A stretch of DNA of 64,000 bases from Eutreptiella sp. 'Long Island Sound 2002' (GCA_964036045.1 OZ038378.1:76260001-76324000), one strand, 5' to 3'; positions 10,223 through 24,295 are shown, numbered from the stretch's first letter. Numbers and translations: made by a program. The notes: generated from the letters alone by a model not told the origin.

Positions 10223-13200
10223 TAGGGGGATGGTGCTTCACGCAATGTTCTTGTCCCAGGGTTCGTGCTACTTAGTGACTTGAAGCTAAGCGCTTTGGCC
10301 CAAACGTGGGCCACTGCAAATTGCAGTGCGACCCCGCCCCGATTTTACACCATCAAGGATATGCTTGTGGGGTGTACTAGTTCCATTTGAGGCGGCTCTT
10401 TTCGCATTAGTCCAAAATCACCCGTCGGTGTTTGCCTAGGCACAAGAATTTAGGTCTTTTTTCGTCCTCCGGAAAGAGGTCCTGTGAACCACACAAAGAA
10501 TGTGTCAATTCATTGGGTTTTTACAAGTTTTAGCCGGGTGTGAAACAGGACAAGTACATAGACGGACATGTATTTTATTGTAATATTGGCAATGCATAGG
10601 CAACATGATTTTGCTCACAAGGGACACCCGTGACCGAGTACCGAGACGATGGACAGGTGTGCAAAGACCTTTGTGTTTGAATCTTGTCCCATTGTCTTTG
10701 AGAACCTTGATCTCAATCCTTATTGTGTGATAAGGTGCACATCAATGTTTACGTGTCGTCTATTGTCGTTGTGTTGACATTCATAAAAAAGGCGGGGCCT
10801 ACACAGGCATTTTTTTACCAAAAGCGTTTTGGAAAACATTTTTTGTAAAACGTGCCGGAGGGGGTATTACTTTTGAGGTTATGTCATGATCATGAAAGCA
10901 GCTGTCTCGCCAACCATGGGGTAGGACATCTGCATGTAAGTGAAGGAGGAGGGGATGCATGATAGTTTGCGACAAAACCGCAACTCGACAAAGAGTCGTA
11001 CTGAAAGCTTAAGGGAGCGTGTGGTGTGTAAGTGTTTTGTGAAATTGTGCAGAGAGGGTGTGAGTGGAAATTTTTAGACTCAAAAATGCTCAGGACATGC
11101 CAAGCGCCCCATTACCAATGTGGGTGTTTTGTCACGTCAGCTTGCAAACTGCTCATACGAAGCAACTATACGGACATATCAAGTTGCCTTTGCATCTACA
11201 AAGTTACGAAGTGCTGTCTGAAAGTGTTACAGGAAAAAAGGTTATGCACAACTCGAGTTTTTTTCTTTACAAATTTTTATGTGGAAGGTTTGGAAACCTT
11301 TGTACCTCACGGTTAAAGGGACGGAAAACAGGATTACGAATGCAATTAAAACAATGTCGCAGAATGGACATGGTCGTTGGTAGCCTACCTAATGTAACGT
11401 CTCCTTGAACATCCTTGTTGAAATTGCTCCCTCCCACCTTCCCACCCCTGTTCTGTGCAAGGATCAGTGGTACAACCTTTTTCCAATGTGTGGGGCTATC
11501 ACAGGACCTAATGGGCTGCATCGTTGCTTTCTTGATGACACCGAAACAATAGAAGCAGGGATACATATTGTGGCACCACATTTCAAGGTCACAGGAGATT
11601 GGTAGCAAGTAGTTTTACAGCCGGACAACCACATCATCCATGAAACACCAAGCTAGCCCCCCCCCCCTCCTCAAGTATAGCCTTTGCCACTCAGTCATTG
11701 TTGGTGGTCCCACTTTCTTGTTGGCTTTGCGGGGACCAAGAATGACAAGTATAGCAAGGGGGGGAATGAGGGCGTGGTCCACACTTTGCCACGTTATCCT
11801 CCTTTTTTTTCGCACTTTTTGGGCTGGTCCTTTAGTGTGATGATCAGAAGGAAACATTCTAGTCGCATTGTGCACTCCAACTAAAGGATTATCTTGTAAT
11901 TAAATAGTTGCGAGGGCCAATGAGTTTTCCGGGCGCCGGAAGACCCGCAAATATTGGTCTTGGCCGCCGGAAGGTAAAATTTTTCTTTGACGCTATTGAT
12001 CCATCCACAAAATACTCAGAGTTTTTGAAGGGTTCAAAAATGGGTGAAAAATCACAAAAAAGGATTTTGACCGCAACCTGACCTCCAGGTCCGAACTTGG
12101 ATGATGCAAGCCTGCGCTGATGGGCAAGTTTTCTTGAAACTTATTTCACCCACGTGTGTGTGTTTTGAAAATGATCAGCGCGTCATGAAGATCATTTTGC
12201 CGCATGCATGTTCGGGTAGTACTGACCGCCCCACCTCAAGAACTCCTGGAACGGTTGAACACCCCTGGGGGGCGGACCTAAATTGGGTGCAGCCATTGTG
12301 ATTGTGGGGCCCACATGTCAATCAACCACAGTAGAACGGTGAGACTTCCCAACCACGCTTTGCATGTTAAACACAACCATAGGCTTCACATTGATGGAGT
12401 GATGGTGTCAACAAATTAACATGCGTCTTGATAAACATAGGGGTTTCGAGAGGCATACACCATTCTAACACAACCGCATTTTGTATCACATTTGTTTGGA
12501 GCATTGTGTGCATTCTTCCGCATTTTCCCACATTTTTTGCCTCCCCCGGTAACCGCATTCCCCCCCCCCCCTTGTGTATAGGGTCATGGAACTCATCAAG
12601 TTCGCCGCTCCTATCAAAGGAAATTCCGGATGTTGAGCGGAGAAGGACGGTAGTTCCCGCCCTATAGAGTTGTAGTGAAATATTATGTGTAGTCATTAGA
12701 CGAGTGCAAGGCACTTAAGAGTATCACGGCATGGCGAGTCCGAAAACTCTACCTAGAGCCAGCAACTTGACACAAAGTAACAACAATTCGGGGAATTGCA
12801 CTAATGAGGAGGGTCATAGTGGACAACCAACGGAGACCGAGGGGGCAAAAACTAGTTCATACGCAAAAGCACTCAGTACCACCGGACTTAGCTGTGTGTC
12901 TGAAAGCCTACAGATGGACCACTCTATGTTTGTAAAACGACAAAGAATGTCTTGTAGAACGATTTTTTGCGATTAGGGATGTACCCCCCCCCCCTTTGGG
13001 CAGGTTGGAGGCCCTAGTTCCATCGAACGGGGTACCGTCACGTTTTAGCAGTCATCACTATCAGCTTGTATGCACTTCTTTGTCCATTGCCAACGGGGAA
13101 ACCCTCTGTACCTTTCCATTGCCAACGGCGAAACCCTTGTTACCACAGCCCTCCGGTACGTCTTAGCTTATTGAGATCATCTATGAAGTACAAGAAGGCT

Positions 13201-15299
13201 TTGCTAATGTTCATCCTTGCCGATCAACTACTCTCTTTAAAGCGTGAACAATAGTCATTAGTGGCGAGGGTTCTTATTTGAAATGTGCCTTGGCACATGT
13301 GAAGAAGTCGGACGGCACAGAGGGGTGGCGGTGGGTGGCACTAAGCAGATAGGAATGACATCGGGGGGCAACATCTTGTGTGTCGTTATGGTGAGCGTCA
13401 CGTAGTTGTCGGTTTCCTAAAACGTCTAAAAGTCGGTGTTGCAACTTACTTGGCTATTGATGAAAGCGATGAGTCGTCTGTGTGTACTTTGTCCTTGGCT
13501 ATATGGGCTTGTGACACATTGAGCATTGTGACCCGCCCTGTTCTAGCCGAAGAGCAGCAGGGTGGGGACACGGACCATTGGAGCCTACATGTGGGTTCCC
13601 GATTTGCATGCGTAGCTTATGACCATGCTTCTTGTTTCTTGCATTTTGAGTTGCGGGTTTGTTCGGCTCATCACGATTTGGTCCACTTTCATTGAAGGTA
13701 TCGGAACCCAGATGCAAGATTGCGATGCACTGCTGCTCGTGAACTCGGAGGCACAGAAAAAAGAATGGTTGAATGGCATGCCTGTTGAAATGTGTGTTGT
13801 TCCGCTTGCACATCACGAGACTAAAGAGGTGGCGGGTTGCGGAACTCCTCTTTTGGCAACCACACGGGCATATTGCCCTCTCAGACATGTGCATGATCAG
13901 TTACCCTAGATTTCCTCAACCATACATATTGTACTTGTGAAAACAAAATAGATATGTTCCGTACTACAACAACAAGGGGAGATCCGTGTAGGTTGCGGGT
14001 AGCCGTGAACCCGAGCACAAGAACCGGGCGATGAGTGGTGATGAGGAGGAAGCAACCCCCACGCAAACTCCCAAAAAAGAAAGCCGGACACACCGGTCAC
14101 ACTTCTAGCCCCCTTTGCCCCAAAACCCAACAAGGGCACTGCTAGCAGAAAAAAGGACGCCCTTGCTTCTCGTCAAGGAGCACTAGAGCACTTGCACAAT
14201 CAGGTCGAAGTGGGCTTAGGTCTTCTCAAGCCCAAAAAAAGTGCGATTAACATGTTTCAATGCATGCATGATTTTTATACTGTCGTTGTTTGCCCCACCT
14301 TATTGTTGCAATGGATGGCCTTTGCACCTGAGGCAGTATATTTGGTTGTTGCATACATGTGTCCATCGACCTTTGTGTGTGTCCCCCTTCTGGCAAAAAT
14401 GGGAAAAACCACTGTCCATCGCTTGGACAATTCAATGTGTTGTGCTTGTGTATCTACTATAGATGCTTACCTACATCTCCTGAGGACGCGAACATGGACT
14501 CTTAAAAGCGGGAGAAGGGGAAGAAAGGTTTCGCAAAACGTTATTTTTCAGACCCATCGTATTTTGCCTATTTATCTATCTATCTATTATAATGACACCT
14601 TCTATTATAATGACACCTGCATTGCACAGTTCTAGGTTTGGATTTGTACTCCCAAGGAACCGTGGCTATAACGTCTCAAGCCACCCGTCCTTGTACACTA
14701 TACGCCAAGGCGCCTACTTGTGTTCGGCATCCGTGTGCTACCACTCCACTGGGTGCCCTGGTTCAACATTATTCAGCTCGCACGGCCGGTTCCCTTTACA
14801 CGCCTACCCCCGTGTCCAGCTCCCTAGCCTCCCATGCCCCCCCCCCCCCCCAAACTCGTCCTACCTGCAAGGGCTACAGTCGCCATCACCCTTGGAATGG
14901 GGGAGGACGCTCTTTCCGCATTCCCCCCGGATGACCACGAACCCTCCTCGACACGTTTCCCCTTCAACTAAGGTTTGGGGTCAAAAAATGACGATTTCAT
15001 GTGGTTCTTTTCCTCCACAACATTTACACATGCCGAGAGTGAGGATTATGTTCGGATGGCGAAGGTGCCAGGCATTGAGCGGCCACACAGCCACCTAGAG
15101 CCATGACCATGCATGCATCGGCACATGGGGAGAGAGTCCGTGATAGGCCCCAATGGTTGTCGTGACAAGCAATAGAGCAGGTGCGGGGGATGGGGGGATT
15201 CCCGAGTAGTGGTGTTGTCATTTGTTGCGAAGTTGGTCTAGAGGCCGAGTTACAAAGAAGCACGGGGCGGGTGGGGGTGCAGAAAGCCCACGGCTGGCT

Positions 15300-15620
15300 G
15301 TTAAAGGAAGGGTTGGCCAAAGCATCCGCTGGGGCAGCGGAAGCCTGGTACCAGAGCAGAACCACAATTAGATGTAGGACTAGGGCAGCCCTCCCGCCCG
15401 AGCAGCGACCATGGGAAGGAGATGCCACCCGTCTCCTGTTACGAGTGCACCCGTAGGCGAGGTTCTTGGATTCCCCCAAGTGACCACCCCTCGCCAGGAG
15501 CGCCCACTGCCGCGGACAACCTACTTGTCTTCCCCTAGCCGGTGCATCCGTAGCCGGAGGAATTTGCACTTCGCTCATTGATCACTCATCCCGAGAGGCG
15601 ACCACCGTCACACACAAGTT
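15300..15620 (-). pseudogene. Possible RNase H remnant
   Basis: CDGG at the 5' end and SAAPADALAN at the 3' end resemble the RNase HI first-Asp and N..ADxLAN motifs; heavily decayed. Confidence 0.3.
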
Positions 15621-15884
15621 GGACTCCTCATGGCCGATGCACCCGCAACCCTAGAAGTTTGTTGAGCAACGACCAGGTCCGGCAAGGCGTCCCGTCTCCC
15701 CCTAATCAGTGCAACCGCAGATGAAGGCGTTTGGACTCCCCTCACTTACCCCTCCTCCGGAGCAGTGACCAATGCATTTGAACAAATGAGCTACATGTGG
15801 TCTTTTTGTAAAATTGCCTGCTTTTCCGGAAAACTTTTTGTATCTTCTTTTAAGGAGCGCTTTTTGGGTTCAACAACCGCTGGC

Positions 15885-16140
15885 CACCACCTGCCACCAA
15901 CGGCCACCAACTGCCAACCACCACCCACCACCAACCACAAAGTTCCACGAATCACCAACCGCAAAGTGCCGCCCCAAGGGGCGGTGATCAACTCCCAACC
16001 GCCAACCACTACCAACCGCCACCATCATCAGCAACAACGAACGCTCGCCAACCACCACAAACTGCCACTAACCACTTGTCGCCGATCGCCAGCTGTCAAT
16101 CGCCACGAACTGTTGACCACTAGTTGCCACCAACGATGGT
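15885..16140. repeat. Low-complexity CACCAAC(C/T)G/ACCA-rich tract
   Basis: Repeated CCACCAACCAC/CACCAACCGC words. Confidence 0.7.
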
Positions 16141-16899
16141 CGAACATATGACCTACACGCACAGTTGCGAAACCGCCCTTGGGGAACACTTTCCGTATTC
16201 CTCTTGAGGACCCCTAGATCAAGTGGTTGTTGCTGGCAAGGAACCTTGCATGAATGTGTGATTGGCCTTTTACTCGAACAAATGCGGTGGTAAATGTGCA
16301 TGGCCCCGGTAGGCGCAGAGAGGATTAGGAGGACATAGGAGAGCCCCGAACATTGGTAGAGGTGGAATTGTTATGGATGAAGCTTTAGGTCGCACTCATG
16401 TAGCTTGATGTGAGGCACTTTATGCACGTTTTAGTTTTGTGCGATCTTGAGACGCAAGTGCACATCGTTGACGCAAAGGATGCCCATGGGGCTGCAAAGA
16501 CAGTAGAGTCTGAATCCCGTGCTCCCTCTTGAAGATGAAATCCCCGTCAAACCTCACTACTCAGGCCTCGGGAAAGCCCCCACAGAGTGAGCTCCTACTT
16601 GCGCCCTCGCCACATGGGAGCCATTCCTAGAGCCACCTTGTACTGTGGCTCCCCGATATTCGCGCCCTCGTAGACGAATCGGCCACTGTCACCAATGCAT
16701 TACTGTGGAATCCGGAACTATCTCCCTTGTCTTTGTGCAATAACGCATACAACGCCACATAGGCGTCGTGGACCCTGCAATCCTCTTGCTGTACGAATGC
16801 GTCAAAGTTGGTGCAGGTATAACGTCTCACAACTCCTCCCACAACGCTGTCCACGTGGTGGGTGCCTATATCCAACCAGTGTTCCCATCACTATGGCAC

Positions 16900-18350
16900 C
16901 ACCCACACCATCGTTGCAGCCCAAAATTCTCGGGCTGCGGGTGCACCAGCTGGGGAGACAGGTTGCCTCTCAGTGCCGTCGGTGGCTGCTCAGGAGGTGA
17001 TCTCTGCGGAGAATACAAAGTCCTCTAGCTGCGGGTGTACCGGCCGGGGAGAGGTAGGTAGCCCCTTCAAGCCGGTGATTGCTCCTAAGGAAGGGTGGTC
17101 ATTCAGGGGAGTACAAACCCCTACAAGTGCGCGTGCAACGGCCAATGGGAGAGGGGTAGCCTCTCAGTGCACGCGGGCCGCTGCTCCGGAGCGGTGAATC
17201 TCAAGGGGAAGCGAAAGTGCTCCTGCTGCGTGCACCAGCCTCGAGGAGAGGATTTGCCTCTCCATGCCTGTTGCTATAGTTTGGGAGGGGGTGTCATGCG
17301 GCGCAAGGTTTCCATGGGCACACAAGGGGGTTGCCAAGGGGTGAACGTGGTGCCATGTGATACCCTCATCTCCGGTTACGAGTGTTGTGACATTTAAGCT
17401 GGTGCCGTGTCATGAAATTTGCACGCCCTGTTGACCACGTGCCGTGAGGGCTGCACCTGATCGAGTTACCCCTTGGGGGTGAGGTCGCCGGCCCACGGGT
17501 GGTAGCGCAACAGGGCGTAGGGTTGGGGCTACGGGTGGGGGAGGGGTGAGGAGGGCCGAGGGTAGCAAGAGGGTGTGGCGAGGCAAGTAGTGGGAGGTAA
17601 GCCTCCTTGGGGGCGAGTCGTCGCTTCGTTCAGGCTCCTGGGGGGCAAGTTCTCAAGGGTTTCTACCCGTGCTAGACTTGTCACTCTTGTCAGGTTCCCC
17701 CATGCGTAGAGCTTTGGGCGGGGTTGTCTAGTCCGGAGACCGTCGTAATTGTTTCCCTTCCTTCGCCCGGTGCCTATTGTACCTCGTCGTGAGTGGTGGT
17801 GTTGAGGCATAGCATGCAAGCGGAACCACGGCTCATGAGCCCTAAGAGACAATAGCACTTCCTCAACACTTGTTCCAACGTGTGGCGGATGCGAGTCCCT
17901 TTAAGCAACAACAGAGGAGTCTGCCCGGGCTTAACTCCAATAAGCATTACTTAGGGTAGTACATGCAGTTGTTTATGGGTTATTACGCATCACAGTTTGT
18001 TAGCCTGCAAAAATTCCCATGGTGGTGCCCCTACCACCCGCTGCTGCTCCACGATCCGGCGTTGGACAACGCCGACCCCTTGTGCCACGTTTACGTGGAG
18101 GAAGGGGAGGTCTTGTGCACAACAAGGGCCCAAGTGGCCGCACCTGGAGAATTCTGAAGGCCTGAAGGCATCCTTCCTCCAGCACTATTGGGCCCCCCGT
18201 TCGCCCCCGTTCTCTGCACAGCAAACCCTACTCCTCGGCTTGCCTTGGCACCGCGTGCCGGAGAAGCGATTGACACGCAACGATACGGGAGCCGATGACC
18301 CGCTGGCGATGCGCTGCATCTGCAGCGAAAAGGTATCCGCTCCGGCCCCG
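16900..18350 (-). mobile_element. Possible DIRS-like RNase H/tyrosine recombinase remnant
   Basis: ADAAH..RQAEE*GLL (DIRS RNase H-like) near 18300-18220; IHRSGAAA and IGRC..RGLY (HSxRxGAA / GRW..Y-like) near 17100-17200. Degenerate. Confidence 0.35.
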
Positions 18351-18356
18351 CCCCTT

Positions 18357-20520
18357 GGTACACGCTAGAAGACCCAATCTTGTTCTAGCCTAGACGCCGC
18401 TGGAGTGGCTAGAACGAAAAAAAGAGGGGGTTGCCCCCCCCGGGGCGGGGGGGGGGGGGGGTTGAAGTGTCTAACCTGGACCCCCCTATCCGTACTCGGG
18501 GGCCCATACTTTTTTTTTCACAGTTCCATTGTTTTCAACTGATTTTGGAGTCCAAGCATTTTCCGTTCTAGCGGCGTTCTAGCTACGCTCTAGCGAGCGC
18601 CGTTGGAACGCCGCTAGAACAATATATATGAATGCTTCGCCACTCCTCAAAGAGAAGCTGCCCCGGCTACCATGGCCAGCCGTGGCCAATCACAGGGTCC
18701 CGATGCTAGACCTGACTCACGGAGCGCCAGCCCCCCCCCCCCCTCCCGGTTAGCCCGGTTAGCCCCCCACCGCACCCCATAGGTCACTTGGAAGGTCACT
18801 TGGCAGGGCGTCACCGGGTCACTTGGTGGTGGGTTAGCCCGATTAGCCCGGTGAGCACGATTATCCCCCTTGCGCCCCCAGGCCCCCATTCGCGGGTCGC
18901 GACACAAGGTTTACTTGGTGGGGGGTTGCCGGGGGTCATCCTTGCTCCTGGCACCCCCCTTCTCACCCCTCGACTCCCCTTCCTTCTCACCCCCCTTGTC
19001 ACCCCGAACCTCACCCCCCTTGTCACCCGCCTCCCACTTGTCGCCACCCTCGTCCCCCTCGTCATGCCCATCATCTTCGTCGTCCCCGTCGTCCCCCTCC
19101 CGCAAGGCCTACCGGAGGTGGGCCTCCGCCTCCTCCCGGGTGCGGAAGAGGAGCTCTCCCGGCACCCGGAAGGTGCCCCCCTCTTTCTCCTGCTTCCTCT
19201 TCTTCTCCTTCCCCCCCCCTCCCCATTGTACCCCTGCGACACCACCCACCACTCCCCCGGGTCCAACCCCTCATCCCAATCCGCCAACACTGTCACTTTG
19301 CTGACGGTCTCCCCATTGCCCCCCTCCGCCCAAGGGACGTACCGGGTGTCCCCCACACCCGGCACATGCCCATAGGGGTCCCGGCCCCTATCCTGCAAAG
19401 GGGGGGCTTGGGGTTTCGGTTGGGAGTGGCCTTGCCCTTGCCCTCGCCCTTGGGCTTGGACTTGGCCTTGGGCTTGGTCTGGTGTTCGGGCGCGGGCGTC
19501 TTCCTCGCTACTCTCGAAGCGGGGTTTCGTCTTGGGGGCCTCGGGGGTTTGGCGGCCTTGGGGGGGGGATGTCCTCTCCCCGCTGGTGGTGGTGGTGGTG
19601 GTGGTGGTGGTGGTGGTGGTGCTGCTGCTATTGGTCTCCCCCGCCCGGTCCTGCACCCTCACCCAACGCTTGCGCTGCGGGTCCATGCCCCCCGCACTCC
19701 TGCCCGCCTCCCACCTACCCAAATCGTCCATCACCGAGAGGGCCAAATTGGGGTCAATCCCGATCATCCGGCCAAACTCGGTGACCCCCACGAGGCGCGT
19801 CCGGCCTCCGCCATCGCGCCACTGCACGCGCAGCCCGCAGGGGTCGGCTCCACACGTTTGCACGCTCACAACCTGATTAAAGATACATCAGACAGGAGTG
19901 TTCTAGCGGCGTTCTAGGCAACTGTTCTAGCGGCGTTCTAGCGGCGCCGGCACGGTGGTGGCTAGACCAACGTTAGAAAGGTTCGCGAGATGAACCCTAG
20001 AACGCAGTCAACATACCGTGCCTTGCCGGTCTAGGGCGGGGGAGATGGCCCCCAGGGCCTTGGTGAACCCGTCCCAGGGGTTGGGGGGGTGCGGCTGCGG
20101 GGGGCCTCCAGTTGCGGGGGTTGCGGCGAGCCTGGGCTTGGAGTTGGGCCGGGAGGCGATGCCGTGCACCAACCCGGCATATGCCCCCCGGTACGCCGCC
20201 GCCGGGTCGGACCCCCCCATGTCCATTAGCGCCAATCGGGTCCGAGTCCAGGTCGAGGTCCTCCCCCGAAACTCCATCCCCCCCAGGCCCAGCGCTTGCT
20301 AGCAGTTGGCGATGAATCGCCAGTGGGTGCCCCCCCCCCCCTTTTTCTTCTCGGGGGTGAAGAGGTTGAGTTGGGCCAACTGAAACATCTTCGGCCCCTT
20401 TTCTAGGGGGGGGAGCGTCTCCACCCATTTCCGCCCGGGCAACTCCCGTTCCCACCCCAACCACCCTCGGACCACCCCCAGCAGCATGGGCTTGTTCAGG
20501 TGGACCCCCCCCCTCGTCCA
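18357..20520 (-). mobile_element. Family A 3' fragment (A2b, CTAG type)
   Basis: Terminal motif GGTACACGCTAGAAGACC at 18357-18374; GT-AG intron 19873-20014; 352-aa ORF 18811-19869 homologous to A2a; upstream exon RFIANC*QALGLG matches RFLGSCWQAMGLG at 8145-8495. Confidence 0.75.
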
Positions 20521-21233
20521 CCCATACCCACCTCCCTGGCCCCTAAAGGCTTTGATGCACCCGCTGCATCAAAAAACGTAGAGTCCAAGCGGGACTCTCC
20601 GGGGGCATGAGGAGGGGGTGGTCCAGGTTTGGGGGGTGGGGGGCCCGCAACCACTGCTTCCAAATCATCGAGGTGATTTGCGTGTTGGCGGTGCGTTCCC
20701 AAGAGGGAAAAGGGACGCTTCGGTGGGGTTTTGTGTGGCGCCTATGGCACGGAGAAAAAAACACGGGCGTTCCTTGTACTTGGGGCACTGTATACTACCA
20801 ATTCTTTGACATACCTAATTCCCCCCACCTCCGTTTTGTAGCGTCATAAGTATCGTTAGCCTTTTCCTATTCTCCATGAAAAACTCAACAAATCGCCGCG
20901 AAAAATGCAACAGTCCCCTTACCACCCCCCCCCTTTGGTGTAGGCTATTACGTAACACCTATCTTGTGGGTACGCCCCTCCCTTCTAACACCCCCCCCAT
21001 GCATGATAAACACTTGTTGGGTACTAGGCTACGGTGCCTGCAGTCTAATGTTGGGCTGCACCACGCAAGCTAGGGCAGCACTAGGCTGGCCCACCTCAAC
21101 AAAACGGGGCCCAAATGCACCCAAACCCGCCCACCAATCCCCAAATGGTAGAGCAATCACCATGATTGTGCACCCTGGACACATATGCGCCCCACTGCCC
21201 CCCACAGGCCAACCCCCAACCCGTGTCGAACGA

Positions 21234-21309
21234 CTGAGAGGTCATTGAGCCGTTTGGCGCTCTCAGGGAGCGCTCAGTGAGCACGCCAAACGGCTTAGTT
21301 AGCTCTCAC
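21234..21309. repeat. 76-bp foldback (MITE-like), TGAGC/GCTCA family
   Basis: CTGAGAGGTCATTGAGCCGTTTGGCG ... CGCCAAACGGCTTAGTTAGCTCTCAC inverted arms. Confidence 0.8.
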
Positions 21310-21440
21310 TCACAATGGGCAGCACCCCCTTGCAGGTAAAGTCAGCACGCAACACGTCAAGGACACGTGCTCCAACATTTTCACACCGGGTCCTTTGGGT
21401 TGAGGGCCCATATCGGGTTCATGTAGGCCGCCCCATCGTG

Positions 21441-21870
21441 GGGCACAAACAAGGTGGTGCACTGTGGCACCCGGAAGGCAGTGTCCCAGGGGGGCCACCC
21501 CTTCTTTCATTCAATGGGTCATGGAGGCCGCCCCCTCGTGGGGCACCAATAGGGTGGTGCACTCTAGCGCCCGAAACAAATTGTCTCAGGGGGGCCACCC
21601 CTTTTTTCATGGATTCATACAAGGAGGCCGGCCCTTGGTTGGGCACAAACAAGCTGGCGCACTCTTGCACCCGAAACACATTGTGTCAGGGGGGGCACCC
21701 CTTATTTCATTCATTGGGTCATGGATGCCACCCCCTCATGGGGCAGAATGACGCCGGCGCACTGTGGCGCCTGAAACGCATTGTCCCAGGGGGGGCACCC
21801 CTTCTTTCATTTTCTAGGTCATGGAGGCCACCCCCTCGTGGGGCCCAAGTCGGCTGGTGCACTCTGGGGC
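21441..21870. repeat. Diverged 100-bp tandem repeat, about 4.3 copies
   Basis: Units start GGGC at 21441, 21541, 21641, 21741, 21841 and share G(C/T)GCACT, CAGGGGGG, TTTCAT and GGAGGCC words. Confidence 0.9.
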
Positions 21871-23741
21871 CCAAAACCCAAAAAACAAGGCTACTGGCAG
21901 TGAAGGGACCCGTAGCCCACAACGGTCAACTCACGACATGTCTTGGACCTGTGAAAGGGAAAGGGGGTCGGGGCAGGGTCGATGTGGTGCGTGTGGGCAG
22001 GGGTGCACCATTAGGCATGTCACAGGAGGCCAGTGCTAGGGGCAGACGACCATTGACTCATAGCCTGAGGTCCTCCATCCCAGCCACGCTGCTGGGCGGC
22101 CGCCATCAAATCGGGCCGATACCGGCCATCGCTCTGTTGAAGCTAGTTCATCACGTCAGCATCCACCTTTGGCAAGTCCTCCACCTTCAGGCCTCGCATC
22201 GTAGTTGTTCCGGCCCGCCCAATAGTAGTCCGCAGCTGCTACCACGATGAATTTGCATAGGCCATCGGCGGCGTGGACAAGTGGGCATACTCCAACAACC
22301 CCGATGCCAGGAATTGCATGGAATGACCTCTGAAGTTGGGTGTTGCCGCGACAACGCCGGAACCAACGGATTGGGAGGGGGTTGCAGCCCCAGCCTCAAC
22401 CTGCTTGAGGCCTTGGAAGCGCTAAAGCACCACCACTAGTGCCTCAACGCTCTCCTTCTGGCGCTTAGACTACAGAAGCTTTTCCTGCAGGTTAGCGCAC
22501 ACCTTCTTCGCCCTTTCCAACCCCATTTGGAGACGGGACGATGCTTCCACTGCCAGCCGGGCAGCGTCCCGCTCGTGGCGGAAGAGATTGCGATCCCGGC
22601 ATGTTGTGTTGTACACTGCCACGGGCACCGTCCCCGGGGATCCCGGCTCGCAAGTGGGATGGAGCAGAGGGGCACTCGGCACAATAGCAGCAATAGCAGC
22701 TGCCTTTGCCCCTTTCGCCACCTTTTTCGGGGGATGGGAGGGGGGTCCGTCCTTAACCCTTAGTCGCTTTCGTGAACCACGGCCACTATCACTACCGCCA
22801 CCATCACTGCGGCCACCTTCTCTATGGCCACCATCACTTCGGCCGCCGACACTCCTGTCATCCACATCAGCATTGATGAGGTCCACTGCAACCCCCCCCC
22901 CCCCCTTACAAGGCGAAAACTGCAAACGTGGCCACGCATGGCAGACGACATCTAGGACAAAAACCCATCCTCGTGCACCTCCGAGGACGCTAGGTGCTTG
23001 AAGGCGATCACCCTAGCGCGGATCAACCCTCCTCGCCCCTAACTTGCTATTGCCACGTCCAAACACTCATTTTTGGACCCCAACCGGTATGCAAAGCAGG
23101 CCACCAGGAACTCCCCGTCCGCGAGCTCGAGGCCACACTCCTCGGTGACGTTCACCGTGCATGGCAGGTTGAGCAGGGTGGCCACTTTGTTCTGGGCCCC
23201 ATCATCTAGTCAACCGTGACGCTCCAGTATCACCGCTCGGTGGACTCCTGGAGGACCCCCTTGAGGTTCACCGTGCGATTGAGGACAAACGCGGTGGCAC
23301 GTTGCTCAGGCACAGGGGCAATGGTGATCGCCACGAGGGCTGTGCGCACATGGCCAGCCTTGTGAGAATGGGCCTTGCGAGAATGGGCCTGCGGATATGG
23401 CACAGGGGAACTTAGGGCCACGTCTTGCAGGACGGTCCGGCAGGTGGCCTATCCACTGATTCCGCTGTTGCCCCAGCTGCCCCGCTGTCACCGCCAGTTG
23501 CAGTTCCCGCCTCACTAAGACTTTGTCACTATTGCTGCTTGCGTAGGCAAACGATACGAGAGCATTCCGCGGTGCCAACTGACTTTGACTTTTTGTTCCG
23601 TGTGCATCGACAAATGGCTCATGAAGGGGCAATGGAGCCTGAAAAAGCAACACGGAGGGGGAGGGGGGCAACAAAAGTCCCATCGTTTTGCGGTAAGTGT
23701 GTCAGCCGGGCACCGTGTCCTGAATCTTGTATCTGAGCTCG

Positions 23742-23903
23742 CTGAGAGCTAACTGAGCCGTTTGGCGGTCTCCTGGAGCACTCGCTGAGAGGTTCGGCTC
23801 CCTCATTGAGTGCTAAATGAGCACTCACTAGGAGCTCACTGGGCGCGCCAAACCTCTCACTGAGCGCTCACTGAGAGCGCCAAATGGGTTAGTTACCTCT
23901 CAG
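23742..23903. repeat. 162-bp foldback (MITE-like), TGAGC/GCTCA family
   Basis: CTGAGAGCTAACTGAGCCGTTTGGCG ... CGCCAAATGGGTTAGTTACCTCTCAG; same arms as 21234-21309. Confidence 0.8.
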
Positions 23904-24295
23904 TGGCACTGCAGTACAGCGGATCGCATTTGGCAGTTCAAATGCAAGGTCCTCTCGCGGGGCACAACCACCACCATGTCAAAGGGCTCTCACAGTGCCC
24001 ACGCAGGGCAAAAAGTAGGCTGGCCTCCCCATGTGGCCCCGCGTGTGGCCACCACAAAATTGTTCGGCCCACTTGCGGGGTGGGATTTTTCTATTGGCCA
24101 CTAACCTGGCCCTGGCCCTGCTTGGCCGCCTCACAATTGCTAGCCCCACTCGCGCGGACGGTTTCTTACGGTGGCCACTAACCCACACCTGGCCCTAATC
24201 CTGGCCCTAGCCTGGTGCAGCGCGCAGGGCCCAAACACACTAGTACATTGCAGCCCGATGCCCAACCCGTGTTTATCATGCATGGGGGGGGGCTT

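Noticed and set aside
10230-15300. Scattered short ORFs in 10-15 kb
   Set aside because: No motif I could assign with confidence; left unannotated.
18352-20023. CCTTG as a 5-bp TSD around 18357-20018
   Set aside because: The sequence beyond 20018 is homologous to the exon upstream of the same intron in A2a, so that junction is an internal splice donor rather than a terminus.
21234-23914. Euglenid-type non-conventional introns
   Set aside because: The candidate borders are canonical GT-AG and the taxon is unknown, so the label is not supported.
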